Part shown: one piece after another, positions 48,917 through 61,300 of the stretch
Layout: every line of letters starts with the position of its first letter
Numbering within the stretch: position 1 is the stretch's first letter
NCBI GenBank assembly: GCA_002269645.1
Contig: NIVC01001585.1
Span: 186,001 to 250,000 of the forward strand
Reading direction: 5' to 3'
DNA length: 64,000 nt
Origin: Macrostomum lignano
Taxonomy: Eukaryota
Notes under the pieces: generated by a model
Seen by the model: only the letters and a program-made list of their open reading frames with translations
Told to the model about the DNA's origin: nothing
The model's database searches: none
Translations under genes and position numbers: made by a program

Positions 48917-51900
48917 ATGCCCTGGCGACCGCCGCAGCAACAGAAGCTGGTCTATACGGCTCTGCATCAGGCTGTGCTGGACTGCCGGCCTGACCAAGTG
49001 CGACTGCTGGTTGAGCGCTGCGATGCCAGTGTTGATAGTCAGGAGGTGAGCCAGCGGTTCTATGCGTTATGCCCTTTTTGGGATGATGATTTTCAAACAG
49101 GTGGCAACAGTGTCTGTAGTGTAAGTGGGTTGTCATATTAACAGGTTACACCAGTGTCTGTAGTGTAAGTGGGTTGTCATATTAACAGGTCACACCAGTG
49201 TTTGTAGTGTAAGTGGGTTGTCATATTAACAGGTCACACCAGTGTCTGTAGTGTTAGTGGGTTGTCATATTAACAGGTTACACCAGTGTCTGTAGTGTAA
49301 GTGGGTTGTCATATTAACAGGTCACACCAGTGTTTGTAGTGTAAGTGGGTTGTCATATTAACAGGTCACACCAGTGTCTGTAGTGTTAGTGGGTTGTCAT
49401 ATTAACAGGTTACACCAGTGTCTGTAGTGTAAGTGGGTTGTCATATTAACAGGTCACACCAGTGTTTGTAGTGTAAGTGGGTTGTCATATTAACAGGTCA
49501 CACCAGTGTCTGTAGTGTTAGTGGGTTGTCATATTAACAGGTCACACCAGTGTCTGTAGTGTAAGTCGATTGTCATATTAACAGGTTACACCAGTGTCTG
49601 TAGTGTAAGTCGATTGTCATATTAACAGGTCGCACCAGTGTTTGTAGTGTAAGTGGGTTGTCATATTAACAGGTCACACCAGTGTCTGTAGTGTTAGTGG
49701 GTTGTCATATTAACAGGTCACACCAGTGTCTGTAGTGTAAGTCGATTGTCATATTAACAGGTCGCACCAGTGTCTGTAGTGTAAGTACGTCATCCCAACA
49801 GGTCACACCAGTGTCTGTAGTGTAAGTACGTCATCCCAACAGGTCACACCAGTGTCTGTAGTGTAAGTCGATTGTCATATTAACAGCTCACACCAGTGTC
49901 TGTAGTGTAAGTACGTCATCCCAACAGGTATTGTAATATCAACGCGTCATCTTCATTCAATCCTACCAGGTGTTTGGCCGGACGCCACTAATGCTCTGCT
50001 GCCTGCTCGACTGTCAGCCCGTTGCCATGGCGATAGCCAGAGCTTTGCTAAAAGCCGGACCAGATCTTGAACTCAAAGACAACCTTGGCCGCACCGCTTT
50101 GGGCTACGCTTGCATCTACGGCCGAGAGGCTCTGGTGCTGCATATGGCTCGCACTCAGGTGACCTCGCACAGCGAATTAATTCCTGTTTCATTTATCATC
50201 AATTGACTTCTCAACTCGTAAACATCTCCAAGAGTATAGAAAGAACACGGCCAAGGGAATAAGGGTGCAACAACTTTCGTAAGCAACTAACTGTATAAAA
50301 TAAGCATGAAGGGTGCAACTACAGATGCACACACATAAGCATGAAGGGTGCAACTAGATGCACACACATAAGCATGAAGGGTGCAACTATATGCACACAC
50401 ATAAGCATGAAGGGTGCAACTAGATGCATACACATAAGCATGAAGGGTGCAACTAGATGCATACACATAAGCATGAAGGGTGCAACTAGATGCACACACA
50501 TAAGCATGAAGGGTGCAACTATATGCACACACATAAGCATGAAGGGTGCAACTAGATGCATACACATAAGCATGAAGGGTGCAACTAGATGCATACACAT
50601 AAGCATGAAGGGTGCAACTAGATGCATACACATAAGCATGAAGGGTGCAACTAGATGCATACACATAAGCATGAAGGGTGCAACTAGATGCATACACATA
50701 AGCATGAAGGGTGCAACTAGATGCATACACATAAGCATGAAGGGTGCAACTAGATGCATACACATAAGCATGAAGGGTGCAACTAGATGCATACACATAA
50801 GCATGAAGGGTGCAACTAGATGCATACACATAAGCATGAAGGGTGCAACTAGATGCATACACATAAGCATGAAGGGTGCAACTAGATGCATACACATAAG
50901 CATGAAGGGTGCAACTACAGATGCATACACATAAGCATGAAGGGTGCAACTACAGATGCTTACACATAAGCATGAAGGGTGCAACTACAGATGCTTACAC
51001 ATAAGCATGAAGGGTGCAACTACAGATGCATACACATAAGCATGAAGGGTGCAACTACAGATGCTTACACATAAGCATGAAGGGTGCAACTACAGATGCT
51101 TACACATAAGCATGAAGGGTGCAACTACAGATGCATACACATAAGCATGAAGGGTGCAACTACAGATGCATACATATAAGCATGAAGGGTGCAACTACAG
51201 ATGCATACACATAAGCATGAAGGGTGCAACTAGATGCATACACATAAGCATGAAGGGTGCAACTAGATGCATACACATAAGCATGAAGGGTGCAACTAGA
51301 TGCATACACATAAGCATGAAGGGTGCAACTACATGCATACACATAAGCATGAAGGGTGCAACTACAGATGCATACACATAAGCATGAAGGGTGCAACTAC
51401 AGATGCATACACATAAGCATGAAGGGTGCAACTACAGATGCATACACATAAGCATGAAGGGTGCAACTACAGATGCATACACATAAGCATGAAGGGTGCA
51501 ACTAGATGCTTACACATAAGCATGAAGGGTGCAACTAGATGCATACACATAAGCATGAAGGGTGCAACTACAGATGCATACACATAAGCATGAAGGGTGC
51601 AACTACAGATGCATACACATCAGCATGAAGGGTGCAAATAGATGCATACACATAAGCATGAAGGGTGCAACTACAGATGCATACACATAAGCATGAAGGG
51701 TGCAACTAGATGCATACACATAAGCATGAAGGGTGCAACTACAGATGCATACACATAAGCATGAAGGGTGCAACTACAGATGCTTACACATAAGCATGAA
51801 GGGTGCAACTACAGATGCATACACATAAGCATGAAGGGTGCAACTAGCTCGTACATGCATACACCAAGGACTAATTAAGTAGACCTTTATATATACGTTA

Positions 51901-53763
51901 CTTTAGTCGTCCTTGACATAAACGTAAGCACGAAGCAACAATTTTGCCTATAGTTACCATAACTGACTTTGCTATCCCAACTGCACAGGTTCTGGACCCA
52001 ACTGAGCCAGACAATGACGGTTGCACTCCGCTGCACCACGCCGCAGTGCAGGGCAACCCGCGCATCACGTGCGTCCTGGTCGACCTCGCCCTGGAGAACC
52101 GGTCCACGGTGGACTGCCGCAACCGGCTCGGCCTGACACCGCTGATGCTGGCCTGCCAGAGTGGCAACTGCCGTGCAGGACTCTACCTGCTCCTGAACGG
52201 CTGCGCCTCAGCCTACCTGCGTGACAATTCCTGCTTCCTGAGCGCTCTGGACTGGCTGGAGAGGAGCGGCAGCGGCAGCAGGACGGCGGCTAGAAAAGCC
52301 GAGGAAGTTCGACGAATCTACACTGCCGGCGCTGTGCGACCCAGGTGCGTGTGTCGAAATTTCGCAGCGCTAAAAATTCACTTCCGTTCTCTCACAACTT
52401 GAACACTTTTGACTCTGTGATCCCTTGAAGTCTCAAGGTTGTGCAACGCCCACCCCCTGTCCGCACGCAAAACTTGCCTGCTCTAGAGAAAGCTATTATC
52501 AAGCACGGGACCTTTGGACACAGCTGACTCTACATTTAAATCCGACGTTGACCACGAATCCAAGGTTTTACCCCCAAAACGCCATGGATCTCTAAGAGTA
52601 GCTGGGTTGGAAATGAAACTCAGTACAAGGACGTTTAGTTGACCAAACAGTTTAATGTGTTTTCTATTGCTCACTACTAATTAGTTGATTATCGCTTCTA
52701 ACCGCTCCGTAGGATTTCTTCTCAGCAGCGCCAGCACGAGCACTGGCACCGGCACCAGCAGCCAGAGTTCACCTACCGCCAACTGCACAGTGCCAGGTCA
52801 TCGACCACTTCCGTGTCGTCAAGGCGTCGTCGACACGACGATCAACGGGTGTCCACGACAGGGCCAGCTGCTGCCACCAATGCTGACGACTCTCTGCCTC
52901 GGCTGGCGGTGCCAACTCCGCCGACGACTCCGGCGTCAACTATTACTGTAGGCGCGCCGCTCGACACGGGACGTCGACCATCAATTGACGATCCGTTGCG
53001 GTCGGAGAGGACCCGACTGCGCCCGCGTCCAGCCACTGTCAGCGCCTTTCGCGTGCAGTTTTTGGTTGACGATGACCAGCTGGAGAACGGCGCAAAGCCG
53101 GTGGCTGACGCGGCGAACGTCGGCTACGGTGGAAACGATGGCAAAATTGTCAGCGTCGACGTTGACGCACTGACGGAGCAGGCGGCCCGACGGCTGCTGG
53201 CGCGTCGCCTTCGGGCTCAGGCTGCTCAGTACAGCTACTTGGGCGGCGGCGAAGGAGGAGCCAATGGGGGCGCGAACTCCCGACTGTCCTCTGCGGCGTC
53301 GATCGCCTCGTTTGCCACTGTGAATCGACAGCGACGACCAGTGACGTCTTCTGCTGCCTACGGTGGCTCAGCGTCGAGTGCCCGCGGTGGATGCAGCAGC
53401 AGCGAGGTGGCGAATGCCTGCCGCCTGCTGCAGATGCTGCACGACGCCAGGACGGCGCCACCGCCGGCGACGCAGCTCAGCCAGTCCGCTGCTGCAGCCG
53501 CCGCCGCCGCTGTCGCCGCCGCTGTGGCAGCCGGGTCGTCTCGATCGTCTGGAGGCTCGGCGTCGGCTTCACGGACCGCCTCCGTCGCCGGGTCGCGACG
53601 GCAGAGCCAGACTGTTGCGCCATTGTCCGCAGAGGCAGCCGCAATGGCCGCTTGTGCTGCCGCGAGCAAGTTGTCGCTGGCTGCTGCAGCTGTGCCGAGG
53701 GACAACGCGGCCAGCCCGAAGGAACGACGGAGCGTCACCTTTAAGGAGCCGCAGGCGAAGTGA
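48917..53763 (+). CDS. Ankyrin-repeat protein (about 5 N-terminal repeats, ANKRD63/ANKRD34-like architecture) with a long disordered C-terminus, about 574 aa. Exons 48917-49045, 49970-50158, 51989-52344, 52713-53763
   Basis: TALHQAV, GRTPLMLCC, GRTALGYAC..G, GCTPLHHAAVQGN and GLTPLMLACQSGN ankyrin consensus segments. Phases 0,0,2 are consistent; total 1725 nt. An acceptor at 48894 with an open frame means the N-terminus may extend upstream. Confidence 0.85.
49105..49928 (+). repeat. 44-bp minisatellite CACCAGTGTCTGTAGTGTAAGTGGGTTGTCATATTAACAGGT[T/C]A, about 19 units (ankyrin gene intron 1)
   Basis: GTAAGT at 49121 and 49165. Confidence 0.97.
50298..51848 (+). repeat. 33/35-bp minisatellite ATAAGCATGAAGGGTGCAACTA(CA)GATGCATACAC (ankyrin gene intron 2)
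   Basis: 11-aa periodic translation MKGATRCIHIS; a block of 33-bp units then mostly 35-bp units. Confidence 0.97.
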
Positions 53764-54493
53764 AAAATGATGACATACTTGTAAAACAGACAATGAAAAA
53801 AATTCTTTGCTACTGTTTCATTGGTTTCAATGAAATGAAAGAATCAGTTTCATTGGAAATATCTTTGCTTAATTGCTCGAAAGTTGCCCTAACGTCCAAA
53901 AAATTGAGTGTATTTTTTCTACTAGCTTAAAAATAAAAAAGTTGCTTCAGGTTAACTTTTCCCAAATTCGTACACGCTTGGATTTTGTGTTTCAAAACTT
54001 AAATTTAATGATTTTAGACTTTTAGAATTGGGTATTGGAATGAATTAACAAACAGCAATAGGCCCTTTAAATTCATACACTCAATCTTGTGCTTTAAGTT
54101 GGGTTCCTCATCAGACTCGAAGAGCGGAAGATCTTAAAATAAAACTTGCAATATCCGGCCATAGACAATTACACAGAGCGTAGAGACAACCAGCAGAGTT
54201 GAAAATCAGCCGAATGCATCCTCGAGTGCTATTCAAATTTAGAACGCAGTCAAGAAAGGACCTAGAAAGAATTCTGTTGCCTTCAGAGCATAGCAATGAG
54301 CAGAGAATCTCTTGCAAACTCTGGCAAAGTATTAGCATTCTATTGGTCATATTGAAATCTGCTGAACAAAAACTATATAGTCAAAAAGTTGCACTAATCT
54401 TGATAAGTTAAAACGCTGGCTGAAGCAGGCAAAGATGAGGCTGATTTCAAGTCAGTATCATCAGCTACTAAGCAACACGTGACTAATGTTTCG

Positions 54494-56761
54494 ATGGCCG
54501 AGGAGGGCGATAATCCCGGCTATCAAATTAACGTCAGCAATGCAAGTCGACACAGTGAAGGCGACAGCTGTCGTATTGGGACTGAAGATGGGCGAACTGC
54601 AAAGTCGCGGTCAAGAAGGCGTAGAAGTAACGACAGCCGAAAAACAGTTGATGGTGACTAATCTAAATTTTTAATGCCTGTTGCTGGAGTAGATGCTTCA
54701 ATCAATACAGAACTTTTTGGGGGTTCAGTCCTGAAGTGTGTTTCAATTCTGAAGCGGATATTGTATAGCATTATCATTTGTGAAGTGTGTCTTAACTCTA
54801 GGTATTGGTTTGTGTCTCAATCCTGAGGCAGATGTCTCAATCTTCTTGTTGATGTCTCACCACAAATCAACTTAAGACACTACACCGCTTGCGTCCATTC
54901 CAGACGATACAAAACCTACCAGCCGTCGGCTTCGGTGTAGGTACAGCCTGACCGTAGAGATCTGCCAGCGAACCCGACATCGAATCTTAGAGGTGACAGC
55001 TTCCGGTTCGTCTCCGTCGCCTCCGTCCGTGGCCACCGCTTCGATGTCCACTAGGACCTCAACACCGACAGCATCTTCCACAGCGTCAACGGAGAGTGCT
55101 TCCTTACCAGGATATAGAGGCCATCGCCGAAGGAGGAGAAGAAAGAGAAGTCATTCACATCGAGATCAAAGTAAAACGCGTCGTGGAAGGAGCTGCTCGA
55201 AATCAAAACGGCGGAAGCAACGACGTGCGGCTCGAAACGCTTCACCATCATCGCTGTCGACGAATAACGCGACTCGAATGCTACAGGTCAGCAACAGTGA
55301 CGGTCCACCGCCGCCAGCAGTCGGCAAGAACGAAGACAATGGGAGCAAACAGGACTGCGGAACGAGCAGCGAAGAGTCTGAAACAGGCGAGTCTGATTCT
55401 TCGTCTTGCAGCGCTTCCGACCGGTCTATGCTCTCAACAGACGAGGACGACGAAAATTGCAGCAAATCATCGGCATCGGAGTCGGACGTAAGCACGGACT
55501 CGCAGCAGTCCAGCTCGGAGTCTTCGCCTCCAGCAGACGCGCCGCCGAGATCAAAGTCTTCGTCAAAAAAACTGCCACCACCTCCGCCGCCGACGTCCAC
55601 CACCAAGGTGCTTGTCTGTAGCAGCGTGTCCAAGGAGCGAAACAGGCATCGGCGGCATCGGCGGCGGCGTAGACGGAAAGAGCGCGGTGAGGAGCCACTG
55701 CCACCGCAGCCACCGAAACCCGCTCCTACCGCTGCACCGCCGCCTCCCCACCGGCACCCCCTCCGCCACCTCCAAAACCAAAACGATTGCCGAGTCCGCA
55801 GAGCAGCAACGACACTGAAGAAGAGGAGGAAGACTCTACATCTTCACCTCCGCCGACTCGTCGGTCACATCGAAAATCATCTCAGCCTTCGCTTCGAGTT
55901 GAAAAGTCGCAACCACCGCCGCCACCGCCGCCACCTCAACCCCCACCGCCGCCGCAGCCGCTACCTCCACAACAGCCGCCGCCACCGCGGCCAACTTCAA
56001 CACGTAGATCTCGTAGAAAGTCTTCGATACCACCGCAACCACCACCGCCAAGTCTGCCGCCTCCATTGCCGGATCCACCAACTCCTGCGCCACCTCCACC
56101 GCCTAGAGCATCATCGTATTACCAGCCGCCACCGCCTCCTCCAACGCCTCCTCCACCTCCACCTCCGCAACCTCCTCCACCTCCGCCTCCTGAACAACCG
56201 CCGCCGCAGGCAGCACCTCCGCCGCCATCAGAGTCGATTCCTCCTGAGCCACCAGCTCAATCATTGGTCCGGTTGCACTCGCAGCTACAGCTCGAATCGC
56301 CACCGTCGTCAACTCCGTCAGCTCACACTCAATCAACGGAGCCATCGCCCGGCCCGGGTCGACGTCATTGGCACAGACGGCGATGCCGCCCTCGCTATCG
56401 GCGCTGTCATTCGCGCTGCAGTTGCTGCACTATCAGTTCGCAGTACCTGCCAAGCTCCGATTCCGACTTTTGCAATCCGAAGTCGACAAATCGACCACCG
56501 CCACTGCCGCAGTCTTCCTACAGGCGTTGCTCAAACGCACAGAGCAGTCGGCAAAGATTGTGCAATGACTGTTATCGACACCTGCTGATGCTGCAGCACA
56601 GTCAGGAGCGTCGGCCGCGAAGGCGAAGCAAAGTGGCGGCGGCAATCGGCGCCGGGGATTCGTGGACGCCGAGAGGAGGGGCGTCAACAGTGCCGTCAGG
56701 TCGTCACATACTTTGCTGTCAGTGCAGCCGACAGGTAGCAACTAATATGACGCACACGTGA
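54494..56761 (+). CDS. Ser/Arg/Pro-rich, low-complexity, probably disordered protein (about 672 aa if one base is restored at 55746-55749). Exons 54494-54653 and 54904-56761; apparent frameshift
   Basis: The phase-1 intron GT54654..AG54903 joins MAEEGD...KTVD to DDTKPTSRRL. Sensible low-complexity protein reads in one frame up to TAAPPP and in another from PPAPPPPPPKPKRLPSPQSS. The total of 2018 nt needs +1. Start and end are uncertain (open frame from 54407; possible donor at 56735). Confidence 0.55.
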
Positions 56762-58329
56762 CGCTTATTTGTCAGGCCTAAGAATTGTTCGATTCCTCAG
56801 TCAGTGTTTTCAACCTGTAGAAAAGTCATTCTCGTCCCCCACGCGATTTTTCCTATTTTTCCATTTAATCGACACTCACTCCGTTCATATTTATTTATGA
56901 CTCCCGATTCTTACACGTCCCTCTCTTTGACGCATTTTCTAATACTTATTACATGGAGAGCGTTTCTTGCTAAGCAGCCCAGAATTTGCCATTTTTCTGT
57001 CCATGTTTCTCAAGACAGTCACAAAACGAGAGCATCGCGGTGGAGAGCGCTTTTGACAAACCTGCGCCGGGTTTCCATGGGAGTGTTGCTTCCGTTTTTT
57101 TAATTTTCACAACATGTTATAACACTCGGGTGCCGATAGCAGGTGCGAGCAAATCGGACTACTTCAAGTGTGTAAAATTCTCGTCTTTCGCCTAGCCTTT
57201 GTTCGTTTTTTGTTACTTATTATAAGACCAAAGGTCGAGAGGTAAACATGAACTAAGTTTAAGCTTTCAACTTCTTTGTATAGCTAAGATTTCGATTAGA
57301 TATGCATAAGTAATTTTTGATACAATTTTCCAATCAGTTACATTGACTTAAATCGTACATTTTTATTTGCCGGTCAAGAAGAGCTTAAGAATGTACACAA
57401 TCAACTATCCCTGTCTGTATAGTTGGCTAATTGCTTTTCGTAGCTTAGCTTAGGACTTAGGATTCTTAGGATAAAGCCATAAAAACATGAACCTGAACTT
57501 TTTGATAATGTTAAAAAATAAGAGAACGCACTGCTTGTGATTTGTTTGTTAGCTAGCTACACCAGCATACTTATTTACCAAAATCTTTCGATAAGTATCA
57601 CAATTTCTGTATTTCAAAATTAATTTAGTCAGTTTAGTTGTCACAAAATCATTATTTGGAGATTAAAAAAATGAACATTTCATAATTAGCTAATAATTCC
57701 GTTGGGACATAAAGACAGAACAAAATTTGAAAGAAAACACAGGAAAACAATCACTATAGCCTCCATTTTCGTGAAAGTTTGGAATTATAATATTTAATAA
57801 CGTTAAGCCGTTAGCATTAGCAGTAGCACGAAAATTTGTTTTTTTTGTGAATCTGCAAAAGAAAAGGTTAGGCTAACACTGATCTGAAGCCAACTTAAAA
57901 ACGTGTCTTTTAATTAAAAGTACACAGTCCCTATTCTATGAAATTATCCTAAAGAAGTGAATCGGAGGGAGGGTGCGGTGCGGGTGGCGGCTAGGTTGAA
58001 AATAGATGAGATAACCGAGGGGACGGAAAACATGGCCCCTGGCCAGCCGCTATGGTGGGGAGGTGGGGAGGTGGTTGGGTGGTGAAGGGTAGAAAAATCA
58101 ATCCAGGGAGTAAACGCTTGCGGCCTACTGTACGCGCCAATGTACATCCGATGTTTATCCGATGTACGCACCAAAGGGACGGAAAATTTTCGCTCAGTTA
58201 AATCGAGGACTTAAGAATTGTTCAGTTAAAAATACAGCCAAACTAAGTTATAAATATAATTATAAAGTAAAGTAACAAAAACAAAGGCAGTAAGGTCCAA
58301 TTAAGGTCAAAATATAGTAAAATAAAGAA

Positions 58330-61300
58330 TCACAGCGACGGATCTCCGAAGCCCACCTCGGCCTGAAGGTTACGCAGCTCGTTCAGTAGCAGTTCGTCCT
58401 CGAGACCAACTTTAACAGCGTATTTGTAGGTCTGCTCAGCCTCTAGACGTCGGCCAGTTCTCAAACAGATTAAGCTAAGATAGGCCCACACCTCAGGATC
58501 GCGATTGTTGAGCAGATTCGCTTCGGCCAAGGCGTCTTCAGCTTCCTGCAGGTCCCCCAATCGATAACAGGCGATGCCGACGCCCAGCCAAGACACGGCT
58601 GACGGCGAGCGCTTGCAGGCTAGCAGGAAAGTCTCCCTGGCCAGCCGGTAGTCACCCAGCTGCAGGTGAATGCTGGCCAAACGCAGGATCACCGGATGCG
58701 GCTCATCTGGGTCGGTAGTCAGCGCCAGGACGCGCTGGTAGCAGTCCCTCGCGGCCTGGACGTAGCCAACCAGATACTTGAGATGGCCCATCAAGGCCCA
58801 GCCATTAGCATCTGTTGGCGCCAGCTGTAGCAAATCGTTGAGCGACACCTCGGCGGTTTCAAACTGCCGCTGCTGCATCGCCAGCCGAGCGTGGGCCAGA
58901 AAATAGTCCGGCGTGAGTTCCCGGCCGGAGCCGCGCAGATGGGCCACTTCGTGAGCCAGAGCTCGTTCAGCGAAGGCAACGGCTGAGTTTTTAATCAAGA
59001 AGTTTGCCGCTCGCATAAACACCGACTGGCTCGGCGCTGGTGGTCGAGCGTCAGCCGCGGCGGCGGCTGCGGCAGCTGCTGCGGCTGCCTCGGCGGCTGC
59101 AGTTGCAGCGGCTTCGTCCGTGGATGGCGCCGGGGTGCCAGACGACGAGTTTTTTCCAGCTGCGGGTGTTCGGTGCAAGTTACCAAATGTCAGATTTGTC
59201 CTAAGCGGTGGAATAAGAGTGTTGTTAGAAAGTGTAGTGTATGATTTTGTGGCGTGGAAACCTTAGCAAAGTCGTCACGAAAAACGACTTGACTCTCTTG
59301 ACTCCATTAAAAATGATTTAGAATGATGCAAATGCAACGCAAACGTACTGTGTAAAAAATGACGGCACGACAGTTGAGCAACCCCATCATTGCAATTTGC
59401 GAACGGGAGACGCGAAGCAGCATTGTTAAAGCGAAAGAAGCAAACGCAAAATATATTAGCCCGAAAATTTGGCATTAACACTACTTTGCTTAACTGCATT
59501 CAGTTTTAAGGTCGTGTTTTCCGGTGTTAAACGACACACAGCACCGATTGGATGTTTAATAAGCGAAGCCTCAATAAAAATCCAACGGTTATTAGCTGAG
59601 GACTACGAGCTAAAGCCTGAAAACGTGCAAATGCACAAGTATTAAATTACTGTTAACCAACCACCGTGTTAGGAGCGTCGTAAATCAAAATAACAAATTT
59701 GCTACGCAGTAGATACTACTCATCTATACGAGTAGAGAATGAGTAGGTGTTATGGCGTATATTTTATCCGTTGCTAAAACGGCGAACTTAAGTTCTCTCA
59801 AGAGCTCAAGGATTATACCTTTGACGCTAGGCGTCTGTTTACGAGCGTTGACCTGCGATTTCGACGCCTGGCTAGTTTTTGACAGCTTATTATCGCTGTG
59901 CTGAAGCTGCTCATTTCCGAGAGCCGAGGCTGGGGCGCCAGCGCCGGCACCTGTGGCCGAGGCCTCCGCTTGCGGCTGCTGAGTCTGGCTGGGCTGATCT
60001 GCACTGGCACCCAGCAAATCCGCCGTTTTCTCTGGCGGTTTTGTTAGCAATGTTTGCGTAGCTCGATGGGGATTTGAAATAATAAAACGCACCACCGGTT
60101 TCGCAAAGTGTAAGAATATGTTTGACAATATGAGTCATTGTTTGATAATTAAAGGTTATAGAATTATTATTCAAATCGGGCAGTATGTATGATTGGTGAA
60201 AATAATTGTGATCTGAGTAAACATCTAGGCAAACGTATCGATTTTTCCATGGCTCTTAATGGCCAATCGGAGCTTACCTTCCTGGATAAGATGCAGCTGG
60301 CTAACTCCAGATTCAGCCTGTAGTGCGGCGGCCGCTTCCTCTTTCTCGGCTCGGTGCTTAGCAACAGCCTCGGCCGTGTTGATACGGTTGGCCTCGAGCA
60401 GGCTCATCTCGGCGCCGATGTCGTTGCCAATGGAGTCGTAGTAAAGAAGAAGCAGAGTCCAGGCAACCAGCGAGTCCGGCATGTGAGCCGTTGCCGCCTC
60501 CAGGTAGGTTTGAGCCTCCTGATGACGCTCTTGAAGAGCTGTCACAATGCCCAGCATCATCAGGGCCTGCAAATGGTGAGTGAGCATCTGATGGAGCTTG
60601 AGCATCTGATGGAGTGAGCATCTGATGGAGTGAGTATCTGATGGAGTGAGTATCTGATGGAGTGAGTATCTGATGGAGTGAGTATCTGATGGAGTGAGTA
60701 TCTGATTAGAGTGAGCATCTGATGGAGTGAGTATCTGATGGAGTGAGTATCTGATGGAGTGAGTATCTGATGGAGTGAGTATCTGATGGAGTGAGTATCT
60801 GATGGAGTGAGCATCTGATGGAATGAGCATCGATTGAATGAGATTCGGATTGAGTGAGAACTCACATTGAGATGAGTCTGCTCCAGCGCCACAGCCTCGC
60901 GGAAGCACTCCTCGGCCTTGCCGACATCCCCGGTGGACAGGGAGAAGACGCCGTAGTCGTACCAGTGCTGCGGCTTCAGCCGATCCCTGGCGATGCGCTC
61001 CTGATAGAGCTGTTGCGCCAGTCCGAGGTTCTCATTGACTTCGGCCTCGCGCGCAAAGTGCAACAGCTGATCGGAGTCCGTGACCGGAGCCGGCACAGGG
61101 ACCCGGTCCTGCAAGCTGATCGCTTTGCGCATGCCCACCTGCAGCTGGTCAACCAGGTACACGAATAGGTCTCGTAGGAATAGCTGCATCTCGGCCTGCG
61201 ATGGCGGGGTGTTCATGACTGTGCGATTGAACACTGTTATGACCGTCACCTACTCATCTTGACACAATGATGACCGTCATTCACTCATAATTATGATGCT

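Noticed and set aside
41892-49928. 42-bp and 44-bp arrays as CRISPR
   Set aside because: Units are contiguous with no unique spacers, there are no cas genes, and the context is eukaryotic.
54111-54411. Short ORFs upstream of the Ser/Arg/Pro gene as additional exons
   Set aside because: No strong phase-matching splice sites or recognisable protein features; left unresolved.
58057-58089. Near-canonical G-quadruplex between the convergent genes
   Set aside because: One loop is 8 nt, such motifs are common, and nothing else supports a function.
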